From positions 1 to 63,875 of the forward strand of contig CANPVF010000022.1 of NCBI GenBank assembly GCA_947581645.1: 63,875 bases of DNA, written 5' to 3'. A model generated the notes under the pieces. The model worked only from the letters and a program-made list of their open reading frames with translations, searched no databases and was not told where the DNA came from. Made by a program: the position numbers and the translations under genes. Numbering within the stretch: the first letter of the stretch is position 1; each line of letters begins with the position of its first letter. This document shows positions 33,497-42,475 of this stretch, piece after piece. The DNA is from Candidatus Caribbeanibacter nitroreducens. Its GTDB lineage: Bacteria > Gemmatimonadota > Gemmatimonadetes > Palauibacterales > Palauibacteraceae.

Positions 33497-34894
33497 CTAG
33501 GGAATTCCCGGCTCCGTCATGGAGCGGAAGTCCAGGACCTCGTCCAGCTCCTGCTCGCTCAGCAGACCCCGCTCCCGTACGACCTCCCGCAGCGTCTTGT
33601 CCTCCTCCAGGGAGGTCTTGGCGACGTCGGCGGCCTCGTCGTAGCCGATGCGCGGGGCCAGCGCCGTGGCCAGGGCCGCCGTCGACTCGGCGTTCCGGCG
33701 GCAGCGCTCCTCGTTCGCCTCGATGCCCCGGACGCACTTCTCGGTCAGGACGACGCTCACGTTGGACAGGATCTCCATGGACTGCAGGAGATTGTGCGCC
33801 ATCACGGGCTTCATGACGTTCAGCTCGAAATTGCCCGCCTGGCCGCCGGCGGTGACGGCGGCATCGTTCCCGATGACCTGGGCCGCCACCTGGCAGACCG
33901 ACTCCGGGATCACCGGGTTCACCTTGCCCGGCATGATGGAGGATCCCGGCTGCACCGCCGGCAGGTGCAGCTCGCCGATGCCCGTGCGGGGGCCCGAGGA
34001 GAGCCAGCGGAGGTCGTTGGCGATCTTCATGTAGCTGCAGGCGATGGTCTTCAGGACTCCACTGGCCTCCACCGCGGCGTCGCGGGCGGACTGGGCCTCG
34101 AAGTGGTCCTCCGCCTCGCGCAGCTCCAGGCCGGTGAGCTCCGAGAGCCGGTTGGCCATCCGCGTCCCGAACTCCGGGTGGGTGTTGAGCCCCGTCCCGA
34201 CGGCCGTGCCCCCGATGGCCAGCTCCCCCAGCGGATCCCGCAGGCGCTCCAGGCGCTCGATCCCGTGATCGACCTGCGAGGCGTAGCCGCCGAACTCCTG
34301 TCCGAGCCGGACCGGGGTGGCGTCCTGCAGGTGCGTCCTCCCGGCCTTCGGCACGTCGTCGAACTCCTCCGCCTTCTCGCGGAAGGCGTCGCGCAGGACC
34401 TCCATGGCGGGAATCAGCTCGTCCTCCACCGCCGAGAGAGCGGCCACGTGGATGGAGGTGGGAATCACGTCGTTGCTGGACTGTCCCATGTTGACGTGAT
34501 CGTTGGGGTGGACCGGCTCGCGGCTCCCCACCTCCCCGCCCAGAAGCTGGATGGCCCGGTTCGCGATGACCTCGTTGGCGTTCATGTTGGTCGACGTCCC
34601 GGAGCCGGTCTGGAAGATGTCCACCGGGAAGTGCTCGTCCAGGTCGCCGCCGGCCACCTCCATGGCGGCCTCACGGATGGCCCCGGCCCGACGCTCGTCC
34701 AGCAGCCCCAGGCCCTCGTTCACGTCCGCCGCGGCCCGCTTGACCAGCCCGAGGGCCCTCAGGAACCGCCGGCCGAAGCGGAGGTCGCTCACCGGGAAGT
34801 TCTCTTTCGCCCGCTGAGTCTGGGCGCCGTAGAGCCGGTCCGCGGGGATGCGGACCTCTCCCATCGAATCTCGCTCGGTTCGGTGGTCGGTCAT
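33497..34894 (-). CDS. fumC: Class II fumarate hydratase
   Basis: [44 protein letters not shown]. Confidence 0.95.
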   Translation of the reverse strand: MTDHRTERDSMGEVRIPADRLYGAQTQRAKENFPVSDLRFGRRFLRALGLVKRAAADVNEGLGLLDERRAGAIREAAMEVAGGDLDEHFPVDIFQTGSGTSTNMNANEVIANRAIQLLGGEVGSREPVHPNDHVNMGQSSNDVIPTSIHVAALSAVEDELIPAMEVLRDAFREKAEEFDDVPKAGRTHLQDATPVRLGQEFGGYASQVDHGIERLERLRDPLGELAIGGTAVGTGLNTHPEFGTRMANRLSELTGLELREAEDHFEAQSARDAAVEASGVLKTIACSYMKIANDLRWLSSGPRTGIGELHLPAVQPGSSIMPGKVNPVIPESVCQVAAQVIGNDAAVTAGGQAGNFELNVMKPVMAHNLLQSMEILSNVSVVLTEKCVRGIEANEERCRRNAESTAALATALAPRIGYDEAADVAKTSLEEDKTLREVVRERGLLSEQELDEVLDFRSMTEPGIP

Positions 34895-34968
34895 GTCTCC
34901 GTCCTCTTCCGTTTCGTTGGTCGCGATTCGTATCGGCAGGGGCGCGGCCCCGCGTCCGGGGCGGTCCG

Positions 34969-35523
34969 TCAGAACTGCACGCGGTCTCCCACGGTGACGC
35001 CGTGCTCCTCGAACCATCCCTGGTTCATCTCCAGCGCGTACATGGCGGGCTCGCGTGAGGGGTGCTGCTCCTGCGTGTGGGGATCCATCTGCTGGATGTC
35101 GACGATCACGCCGTCCTGGGAGATGTACGCGATGTCCAGCGGAATCTCGGTGTTCCGCATCCAGAAGCTCAGGGTCTGCGGGCGGGAGTAGACGAAGAGC
35201 ATGCCATTGTCCTCCGGGAGCGAGTCGCGCCCCATGAGCCCCTGCTGCCGCTCGGCGTCGCGCTCCGCCACCTCGACGGTCACCTCGTGCCCGCCCACCC
35301 GCAGGGTCGTGACGCGGAGGCCGGCCGCCGACCGCTCGATGGACGACGTCCGGGCGGCGCTGTCCTGCCCCCGGGTCGCGGTGTCCCCGGCGGTCCCCGC
35401 CGCCTCGCCGTCCCCGCTGCCGCCGCAGCCGATGAGGCCGGCCACCCCCAGGATCGCGGCGGCGGCCAGGAGGCGACCCGGGCGAGCTCGGGAACGGCCG
35501 TTGGACACACGTGTCGGGATCAT
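34969..35523 (-). CDS. DUF192 family lipoprotein
   Basis: LIGC lipobox-like motif; [40 protein letters not shown]. Confidence 0.88.
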   Translation of the reverse strand: MIPTRVSNGRSRARPGRLLAAAAILGVAGLIGCGGSGDGEAAGTAGDTATRGQDSAARTSSIERSAAGLRVTTLRVGGHEVTVEVAERDAERQQGLMGRDSLPEDNGMLFVYSRPQTLSFWMRNTEIPLDIAYISQDGVIVDIQQMDPHTQEQHPSREPAMYALEMNQGWFEEHGVTVGDRVQF

Positions 35524-35658
35524 GAAGGCCCTCTCGCGTCTCTGTTCTCGTGGAGGTCCGGGCCGCGGGGCCCGTCGTCCCATACCCTTGCAAGGCGGGG
35601 ACCGGACGCCCCGGCCCGCGCCGCGACCGTCTTCGGATCACGCAACCTGGACGCTGTC

Positions 35659-36102
35659 ATGTATCGAGTCGACCCCCTCTCGCACACCGCGGACGTGGGC
35701 TTCGAGGTCACTGCCGACTCCCTCGCCGAGCTCTTCCGGGGAGCAGCCGACGGGCTGGTCCGGACCGTCCGGGAGGAGGAGGGACCCGCCGGGATCGAGG
35801 CCGGAGACGGGGAGGCCGGCGAGGACCGGGAGACCATCGACCTGGACCGGCCGGACCGGGAGCGCCTCATGGTGGCGTGGCTGCGGGAGCTCCTGTACCG
35901 GATCTCCCGCGACGGGCGCTACCCCGAGGCGATGACCCTGGAGATGAGCGGCCCGTCGTCGCTGCGGGCCCGGGTCCGGTGGTCGTCGTCCGGGCCGGAG
36001 CAGCCCCCCGTGCGGGACGTGAAGGGCGTCACCTACCACGGTCTCCGCGTCGAGGGAGAGGAGAACGGCAGATGGCACGCTCGCCTCGTCCTGGACGTTT
36101 GA
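35659..36102 (+). CDS. Archease
   Basis: HTADVG, LMVAWLRELLY, VKGVTYHGL, C-terminal LDV. Confidence 0.9.
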   Translation: MYRVDPLSHTADVGFEVTADSLAELFRGAADGLVRTVREEEGPAGIEAGDGEAGEDRETIDLDRPDRERLMVAWLRELLYRISRDGRYPEAMTLEMSGPSSLRARVRWSSSGPEQPPVRDVKGVTYHGLRVEGEENGRWHARLVLDV

Positions 36103-36295
36103 AGGGGAGGGCTCCGTCCTGGTTCCCGGCCGAGCGCCGGGATACTGTAGCCGGGACGCCGGGGGCGATCCGGGGTGGGGGGAGCCCGGCAGGTGACGGC
36201 CGCACGCGGAGGCGCCAGGAACGTGACGGACGTGCAGTCGGCGGGCATCGGCCGGCCGGCGGCACGTCCCCGACCCATCGGGGTGTGTGAGAGAG

Positions 36296-36712
36296 ATGAC
36301 TCGACGCTTCGCCGCCATCGCCCGACCGCTGGCACTCGTGGCCGTCGCGGCCCTGGCGGCCGGCTGCGCGCTGGTGGGCTCCTCGTCGCCGGGGGGCGAG
36401 TCCCCGGGGGACGTGGTCCTCACCACGCGCGGCGCCCGGACCACGCTCCGGGGCGGCCCGGAGTCGGTGGCCGGATCCGTGGAGGAAGCATTCCGGGTCC
36501 TGGACATCGACCTCACCCGGCGCTCCGTGGACGCACAGGGGGGCATGGTCGAGGGGCAGGCCGGCGTCGAAGGCGTCTTCGTCGAGCTCTCCGCCGTGGG
36601 CACCCGGCGCACCGACGTCAGCGTCCGCGTGCGGAGCCCGACCGGAGAGCGATGGGATCGAGCCGCGGCCCGCGGCGTACTGGAGGAGATACGGCGCTGG
36701 CAGGGCAGCTGA
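36296..36712 (+). CDS. Hypothetical lipoprotein
   Basis: Lipobox LAAGC after a basic/hydrophobic signal. Confidence 0.7.
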   Translation: MTRRFAAIARPLALVAVAALAAGCALVGSSSPGGESPGDVVLTTRGARTTLRGGPESVAGSVEEAFRVLDIDLTRRSVDAQGGMVEGQAGVEGVFVELSAVGTRRTDVSVRVRSPTGERWDRAAARGVLEEIRRWQGS

Positions 36713-36772
36713 AGCGCCCGGAGCGCCCCGCGTGAGGTCGGGGTGGGGACCTGGAAGACGGAGGGCAGCCAC

Positions 36773-37504
36773 ATGATTCAGCCGAACGTTCGTGCGTCCT
36801 TCGGGAGCGAGGAGGCCAGATGGCTGGTCCGGCTCCTCGCCGGTGAGGACGAGGAGCGCCGTGAGGAGTGGAGCGAGCGCCTCGAGGAGCGGGGCGTGGA
36901 CGCCCTCCTGGACGACGCCGAGACCCGGCGCCGGATCCTGAGCGCCGACGGCATCAGCCTGGCTCCGCCCGGCCTCGTCCTCTACGTCCTGGTCCGCCAG
37001 TCCCTGAAGGAAGTGGGCGTGGAGAGCCGGACCCTGGCCGACTACGTGACCGCCCTGGTCCTGGAGTTCGGCCGCGAGGACCGGGCGCGGCGCATCTCCG
37101 CCGTGGACGACCGGGAGTACGACTACCTCGTGGAGATCATGAACGACATGCTGGAGGCCGACGGGCGGCGGGCCTTCCTCCTCCGCAGCCACCTGGGGAA
37201 CTTCGCCCTGTGGCTCTCCGGTCTCTTCCCGGACCACATCACGTCCCGGGGACACCGCCGCGGCGGGCCCGGCATCGACTACTACGAGGAGCTGGGCGAG
37301 ACGGGATATCGGATGGCGGCCGAGGACCCTCACGCCCGGGAGAAGTCCCTGTCCCGGGTGTACCGCGAGGCCGCGGACCGCTTCCGGGACGTGCGCCGGG
37401 GCCTCAACCAGTTCTCCGACGAGCTCCTGTTTCCGAGCCCGTCGGCCCCCGTCGATCGGCTGCTCCGCCAGGCGCACACGGACTTCATGGACGGAGCCCA
37501 CTGA
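36773..37504 (+). CDS. Conserved hypothetical protein
   Basis: Protein-like; motif HLGNFALWLSGLFPDHI...YYEELG...GY; GGAGG upstream. Confidence 0.75.
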   Translation: MIQPNVRASFGSEEARWLVRLLAGEDEERREEWSERLEERGVDALLDDAETRRRILSADGISLAPPGLVLYVLVRQSLKEVGVESRTLADYVTALVLEFGREDRARRISAVDDREYDYLVEIMNDMLEADGRRAFLLRSHLGNFALWLSGLFPDHITSRGHRRGGPGIDYYEELGETGYRMAAEDPHAREKSLSRVYREAADRFRDVRRGLNQFSDELLFPSPSAPVDRLLRQAHTDFMDGAH

Positions 37505-37532
37505 CGCCCCCCGGCCGGATTCAGTGACGAAA

Positions 37533-37592
37533 CGATAATCGATATTGATATCGTCGGGGGACCCCCCTTATATTCTCACCTCGTTGAGAATC
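37533..37592. promoter_or_regulatory. Fur-family autoregulatory boxes upstream of fur
   Basis: CGATAAT-C-GATATTG(ATA) and ATTCTCA-N6-TGAGAAT; shares motifs with 9681-9703 and 9786-9810. Confidence 0.65.
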
Positions 37593-37635
37593 GGGCCGGC
37601 GACGTCGGCCCTCACCAGCAAGCATCGAGAGGACC

Positions 37636-38136
37636 ATGGACGACGTGGTGAGCACGAGCCCGCCCCGCGGGTGCACCGAGGTCATGATGAGCCTGTTCCG
37701 GGCGTGCCTGCACGAGAACCAGCTCCCGGTCACCCACCAGCGCGAGGCCATCGCCGAGGTGCTCTTCGAGAGCAACCGGCACCTCTCCGCCGACGACGTG
37801 GCCGAGCGGCTCCGTGAGCAGGGGGAGGACATCGGGAAGGCGACCATCTACCGGACGCTCAACCTGCTGGTGGACGTCGGGCTGGCCACGGAGCACGACT
37901 TCAACGAGGGCTTCAAGCGCTACGAGATGCGCGTCGGCTCGGCGCATCACGACCACCTCATCTGCACCTCCTGCGGCGACGTGACCGAGTTCCAGCAGTC
38001 CGAGCTGGAGAGCATGCAGCAGGAAGTGGCCGGCGAGCACGGCTTCCGGCCCCTCACCCGGCAGCTCAAGATCTACGGCCTCTGCTCGGAGTGCGAGGAG
38101 ACGGCCTCGGAAGAGGAGCTCCGGCGTGTCGGGTGA
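37636..38136 (+). CDS. fur: Fur family transcriptional regulator
   Basis: THQREAI, HLSADD, ATIYRTLNLL, HHDHLICTSCG, YGLCSEC. Confidence 0.93.
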   Translation: MDDVVSTSPPRGCTEVMMSLFRACLHENQLPVTHQREAIAEVLFESNRHLSADDVAERLREQGEDIGKATIYRTLNLLVDVGLATEHDFNEGFKRYEMRVGSAHHDHLICTSCGDVTEFQQSELESMQQEVAGEHGFRPLTRQLKIYGLCSECEETASEEELRRVG

Positions 38137-38725
38137 GTCGGCGGGCGTCTCCTCTCGCCGGCTGGAGTCCACACGCGCCGGGGAGCGGCTCCGGGACCTG
38201 CTGGCGGAGCGCTCGTTCCGCACCGGCGAGTTCACGCTCTCCTCGGGGCGAACGAGCCGGTACTACGTCGACTGCCGGACCACCACCATGCACGCCGAGG
38301 GACAGGCGCTCCTGGGCCAGGTCGGGGTGGACCGGCTGGATGCCGCCGGGCTGTGGCCCGATCTCGTCGGGGGGATGACCATGGGGGCCGACCCCATCTC
38401 GTATGCCGTGGCCGGCGAGAGCTGGCGACGGGGCCGGGAGCCGATCGACGCCTTTTCCGTCCGGAAGGAGGCCAAGGGGCACGGCACCGGCCGGCGCATC
38501 GAGGGCTGCTTCGAGGAGGGACGCCGCGCCGTCATCGCCGAGGACGTGATCACCACGGGCGGCTCCGCCCTGGACGCCTGCCGAGCCGTGGAGTCCGCCG
38601 GCGGCGAGGTGATGGCCGTGCTCGTCCTCGTCGACCGGGAGGAGGGAGGGCGCGAGCGCCTCGAGGAGGAGGGGTACCGGGTCCTCCCGCTGTACACCGC
38701 CGGGGAGCTCGAGGCCGCGCTCTGA
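38126..38725 (+). CDS. pyrE: Orotate phosphoribosyltransferase
   Basis: GEFTLSSGRTSRYYVD, VRKEAKGHG, AEDVITTGGS. Confidence 0.95.
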   Translation: MSGESAGVSSRRLESTRAGERLRDLLAERSFRTGEFTLSSGRTSRYYVDCRTTTMHAEGQALLGQVGVDRLDAAGLWPDLVGGMTMGADPISYAVAGESWRRGREPIDAFSVRKEAKGHGTGRRIEGCFEEGRRAVIAEDVITTGGSALDACRAVESAGGEVMAVLVLVDREEGGRERLEEEGYRVLPLYTAGELEAAL

Positions 38726-38866
38726 CGCCATCGGCCTGACCCCGGTGCCGTCGCACCGGCTCCGCCACCCGCCGATCCCCGCCGGGGCCGCTCGCACTCG
38801 CCCCGGTGCCCGTCCACATTCTGCAACCTTTGTCGTGGACCAGGCACCTCGGACGGGGCCCCGTAG

Positions 38867-39778
38867 ATGCTGAGACGCCTTCTGCTCTACCTGAGCGAGC
38901 GCGAGGACCTCAAGGATCGGCTCCTGAAGGTCCCGGCCCTCCGGCGCGTGGCGGAGCGGTTCGTCGCCGGAGACGAGCTCCCGGACGCCCTGGACGCCGC
39001 CGGACGGCTCAACGACGACGGTCTCCGCGTCACCCTGGACCACCTGGGCGAGAGCGTCGAGAACCCGGAGCAGGCGCGCCGGGCCGGCGACGACTACGTC
39101 CGCAGCCTCGAGCGCATCGACGAGCGGCCGGTGGAGTCCACCATCTCGCTGAAGCTCACCCAGCTCGGTCTGGACATCGACCGGGAGCTGTGCCGCGAGA
39201 ACCTGCACCGCATCGTCCGCCGGGCGGCGGAGCTCGGCAACTTCGTCCGCGTGGACATGGAGAGCTCCGACTACGTCCAGGCCACGCTGGAGCTCTTCGC
39301 GGAGGTCTTCCGGGACCACCCGAACGTCGGCGCCGTCATCCAGTCCTACCTCCGGCGGAGCGAGCGGGACGTGGAGCGCCTGGTGGAGATGGGCGCCCCC
39401 GTGCGGATCGTGAAGGGGGCGTACGACGAGCCGCCGGAGGTGGCCTTCCAGGAGCGGGAGGAGGTGGACGGAAACTTCGTACGCCTCACGCGGCTCCTGC
39501 TGGAGGGAGGTGTCCCCACGGCGGTGGCCACCCACGACGAGCGGATGATCGACGCCACCCTCGACCACGCCCGGGAGCTGGACCTGTCGCCGGGCGACTT
39601 CGAATTCCAGATGCTGTACGGGGTGCGTCGTCCCTACCAGCGGGAGCTGGCTCGCGCGGGACACCCGGTCCGGATCTACCTGCCCTACGGCTCCGACTGG
39701 TATCCCTACCTGATGCGCCGGATGGCGGAGAAGCCCGCCAACCTCCGGCTGGTGCTCCGGGCGATGATCGGAGGCTGA
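38867..39778 (+). CDS. Monofunctional proline dehydrogenase
   Basis: RFVAG, DHLGE, SLKLTQLG, RVDME, RIVKGAY, ATHD, EFQMLYG, YLMRRMAE. Confidence 0.93.
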   Translation: MLRRLLLYLSEREDLKDRLLKVPALRRVAERFVAGDELPDALDAAGRLNDDGLRVTLDHLGESVENPEQARRAGDDYVRSLERIDERPVESTISLKLTQLGLDIDRELCRENLHRIVRRAAELGNFVRVDMESSDYVQATLELFAEVFRDHPNVGAVIQSYLRRSERDVERLVEMGAPVRIVKGAYDEPPEVAFQEREEVDGNFVRLTRLLLEGGVPTAVATHDERMIDATLDHARELDLSPGDFEFQMLYGVRRPYQRELARAGHPVRIYLPYGSDWYPYLMRRMAEKPANLRLVLRAMIGG

Positions 39779-39829
39779 GGGGAGCGCCGGAGCCGCCGGC
39801 CGCCCTCCGGGGAGCGGCCGACCCGGGGA

Positions 39830-40990
39830 TCAGCGGAGGATCGCCGCCACCCCGGTCCCGGTGGGCATCCGCTCCTCGGACAGGATCAGCGACCGCCCCC
39901 CCTTCTCCATGACGACCTCGGCGACCTCGTCCAGCAGGTCGACGGCCTCCGGACCGGGATCCTCGCCGCCCTCGCGAATGTGCTCCATCTCTCCCGTGTG
40001 GCGGTCGAACCGCCCCCACACGTTGCGGCCGTGCTGCGTCAGGAGCAGGCGGATGCGTCCCGCCACGGCGAGCCGGGCGACGCTGGCCAGGTCCGCCTCG
40101 CCCTTGCCGTTGCTGTAGGCGTTCTCCCACAGCTGCAGGGCGCCGTCGATCTTCTCCAGGACCGTCTCGCGCACGACGGGCCACGCCGAGTCGTGGAGGC
40201 GGGAGGCGTCCCAGTTCGAGACGTTTCCGGTGACCCCCTCGTCGGTCAGGTTCTCGAGCCGGCTGACCTCGTGATAGAGGGGGTGGTAGTAGTCGACCGC
40301 GGCCAGGATGACCGGTCCGATCTCATCGGCCAGCAGCTCGCGGACGCCGTCGTCCACCTTCCGGAAGAACCGCTTGAGCTCCGGCTTGGCGTCGTCCTGT
40401 CCGACCCCGTGGCCGTGGAAGATGGCCCCGGTGCCGCCGGGCGTCCCGCCCTGCTTCGGGCTGTGGAACTGGAGCTCGTCCCGCTCGAACTCGTAGCCCA
40501 GCGCCTCCTGGAGGCTCCGCGGCACGCCGGCCAGGTCCACGGGGGTGAGCCCCGACCGGGTCCCCTGCCACAGCCGGACCTCCTTCTGGCTGATGGACAG
40601 GACCCAGTAGCGATCCGGCGCCTGCAGGTACTCCATCAGGGGCCGGGTGTGGAACGTGGGCGCCACGACGACCAGATCCTCGAAGGAGACCGGCAGACGG
40701 TACATCCGGTGCATCTCCGGGCTGGCGAAGGCCGCCAGGCCGTCGGCCTGGTACGTCCAGAAGTCCTGCTCCACGTTCAGGTAGGCGCGGAAGGGGTCCA
40801 GGACCTGATCCACCTGGTCCTGGCTCACGCTCGCGGACAGCTCCTCCTCCGCCTGCTCCAGAGCGGCGCGGAACCGGAGCCGGTTGGCCTCGGCGCCGGA
40901 GCTCCGCTCGGTCTCCAGGTAGATGGAGGCCGTCGGAACGTCCTGAACGGCGAGCAGCTCCTTCAGCTCGTCACGACCAAAGTAGTCCAC
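39830..40990 (-). CDS. Bacterial archaeo-eukaryotic release factor family protein (baeRF3-like)
   Basis: ASIYL, GLAAFAS, FHTRPL, YWVLSISQKEVRLW, FHGHG, FFRKVD, PVILAAV, DLLDEVAEVVMEKGG, C-terminal AAILR. Confidence 0.8.
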   Translation of the reverse strand: MDYFGRDELKELLAVQDVPTASIYLETERSSGAEANRLRFRAALEQAEEELSASVSQDQVDQVLDPFRAYLNVEQDFWTYQADGLAAFASPEMHRMYRLPVSFEDLVVVAPTFHTRPLMEYLQAPDRYWVLSISQKEVRLWQGTRSGLTPVDLAGVPRSLQEALGYEFERDELQFHSPKQGGTPGGTGAIFHGHGVGQDDAKPELKRFFRKVDDGVRELLADEIGPVILAAVDYYHPLYHEVSRLENLTDEGVTGNVSNWDASRLHDSAWPVVRETVLEKIDGALQLWENAYSNGKGEADLASVARLAVAGRIRLLLTQHGRNVWGRFDRHTGEMEHIREGGEDPGPEAVDLLDEVAEVVMEKGGRSLILSEERMPTGTGVAAILR

Positions 40991-41189
40991 CGATCGAACT
41001 CCTCTTTAGCTTGCTGATCTCTCGCACGGACGGCGTGCCTCCGAACGGCAGGTAGTCCGGACAGGATCGATCACCACGGGACACGGCCTTCCTCCGGCGC
41101 CGGTCGACGCCGGGCCGCTAAGTCGGAGCACGGACCGTACCGGAGAGACCGGATCGGCCGGGTCTCCCGCCCCCCGTCCACCCGACGGA

Positions 41190-41534
41190 TCACTCGACCC
41201 CGGGCAGGAGCGCGTGGAACAGGATGCCGAGCACCGACATGACCAGGGCGCCGAGGAAGGCGGCTCCGAAGCCCGCCACCGAGAACCCGGGGGTCAGCAC
41301 CGAGGCCAGGGCGAACAGGATCCCGTTCAGCACCAGGTAGAACAGCCCCAGGCTGAGGATCGTGATGGGCAGCGTCAGGACCACCAGGACCGGCTTCAGC
41401 ACGGCGTTCAGGAGACCGATGATCAGCGCCGCCAGCAGGAGCGCCCCCGTGCCCTCCACCACGATGCCCGACACGATCTTCGTCGTCAGGTAGAGGGCAC
41501 CGGCGTTGAGAAGCCATCGCACGACCAGAAGCAT
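41190..41534 (-). CDS. Phage holin family / YvlD-like 4-TM membrane protein
   Basis: GLLNAVLKPVLVVLTLPITILSLGLFYLVLNG signature; no phage genes nearby. Confidence 0.85.
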   Translation of the reverse strand: MLLVVRWLLNAGALYLTTKIVSGIVVEGTGALLLAALIIGLLNAVLKPVLVVLTLPITILSLGLFYLVLNGILFALASVLTPGFSVAGFGAAFLGALVMSVLGILFHALLPGVE

Positions 41535-41761
41535 GTGACCTCCGGACAGGGATGGTGCGCGGCCGACCCCGGAATCCGTTCCGGGTCCGGCCGGGGGCTC
41601 GGGCGGCGCGGACGTCCGGTCGCCCACGGGGAACACAGATTGCGCTTCGGATTCGATGGCTCAAGCTGACGCGCGCGGACGAGGTCGACAAGTCTCATGA
41701 AGGCCAGCCAGCCTTCGACGCGCTGACCTCCGAGCGCGGACAACCGACACGGGAGGCGACG

Positions 41762-42295
41762 ATGGAGATTCAGGTCGACGACGTGCAGATCGAGGCCGTC
41801 CGGGGAGACATCACCAGCCAGCCCGACGTCGACGCCGTGGTCAACGCCGCCAACGCGGAGCTCCGCACCGGGGGCGGCGTGGCCGGGGCGATCCACCGGG
41901 CCGCGGGCCCCGGCCTCGAGGAGGAGTGCCGCCCGCTGGCGCCCATCGAGCCCGGCGAGGCCGTGATCACCGGCGGGCACGACCTGCCGAACCCGCACGT
42001 GATCCACGCCCTGGGCCCGGTCTACGGCCGGGACGAGCCCTCGGACGAGCTGCTGGCGGCCTGCTATCGCAACTCGCTGGCCCGGGCGGAGGAGAAGGAG
42101 CTCGGCTCCGTGGCCTTCCCGGCCATCTCCACCGGCGCCTTCGGCTACCCGATGCGGGAGGCGGCGGAGGTGGCGGTCTCCACGCTGGTGGAGGAGGCGC
42201 CCGGGCTGGAGCACGTGCGCCGGATCCGCTTCTGCCTCTTCGGCGAGGACGCCCTGGAGGCCCACGAGGAGGCGCTGGAGAAGCACGGGGGCTGA
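41762..42295 (+). CDS. Macrodomain protein (O-acetyl-ADP-ribose deacetylase / ADP-ribosyl hydrolase)
   Basis: GDIT, DAVVNAAN, GGGVAGAIH, VIHALGP, AFPAISTGAFGYP. Confidence 0.93.
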   Translation: MEIQVDDVQIEAVRGDITSQPDVDAVVNAANAELRTGGGVAGAIHRAAGPGLEEECRPLAPIEPGEAVITGGHDLPNPHVIHALGPVYGRDEPSDELLAACYRNSLARAEEKELGSVAFPAISTGAFGYPMREAAEVAVSTLVEEAPGLEHVRRIRFCLFGEDALEAHEEALEKHGG

Positions 42296-42333
42296 CCCGC
42301 GGCGCCTTGTCACCGGGCCTCCGTCACCCCGTC

Positions 42334-42427
42334 CTCGCTCGGGCTGTCGCTATCGTTCCGGAGCTAACTCGGACGCTGCGCGTCCTCGTGGATCTCCTTC
42401 ACTGCGACAGAGTCGCTCGTCCGGGGC
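42334..42427 (+). repeat. 94-bp structured repeat, intergenic copy (inverted relative to 45114-45207)
   Basis: By hand alignment, its reverse complement matches 45114-45207 at 87/94 positions. Confidence 0.92.
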
Positions 42428-42475
42428 GCGGAGGGCCCGGCTCTGGAGCGCCGCGCATCTCCGCGTGAGAATTCC

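Noticed and set aside
41190-41534. Prophage suggested by the holin-family gene
   Set aside because: No endolysin, integrase or structural genes; this family is common on chromosomes.
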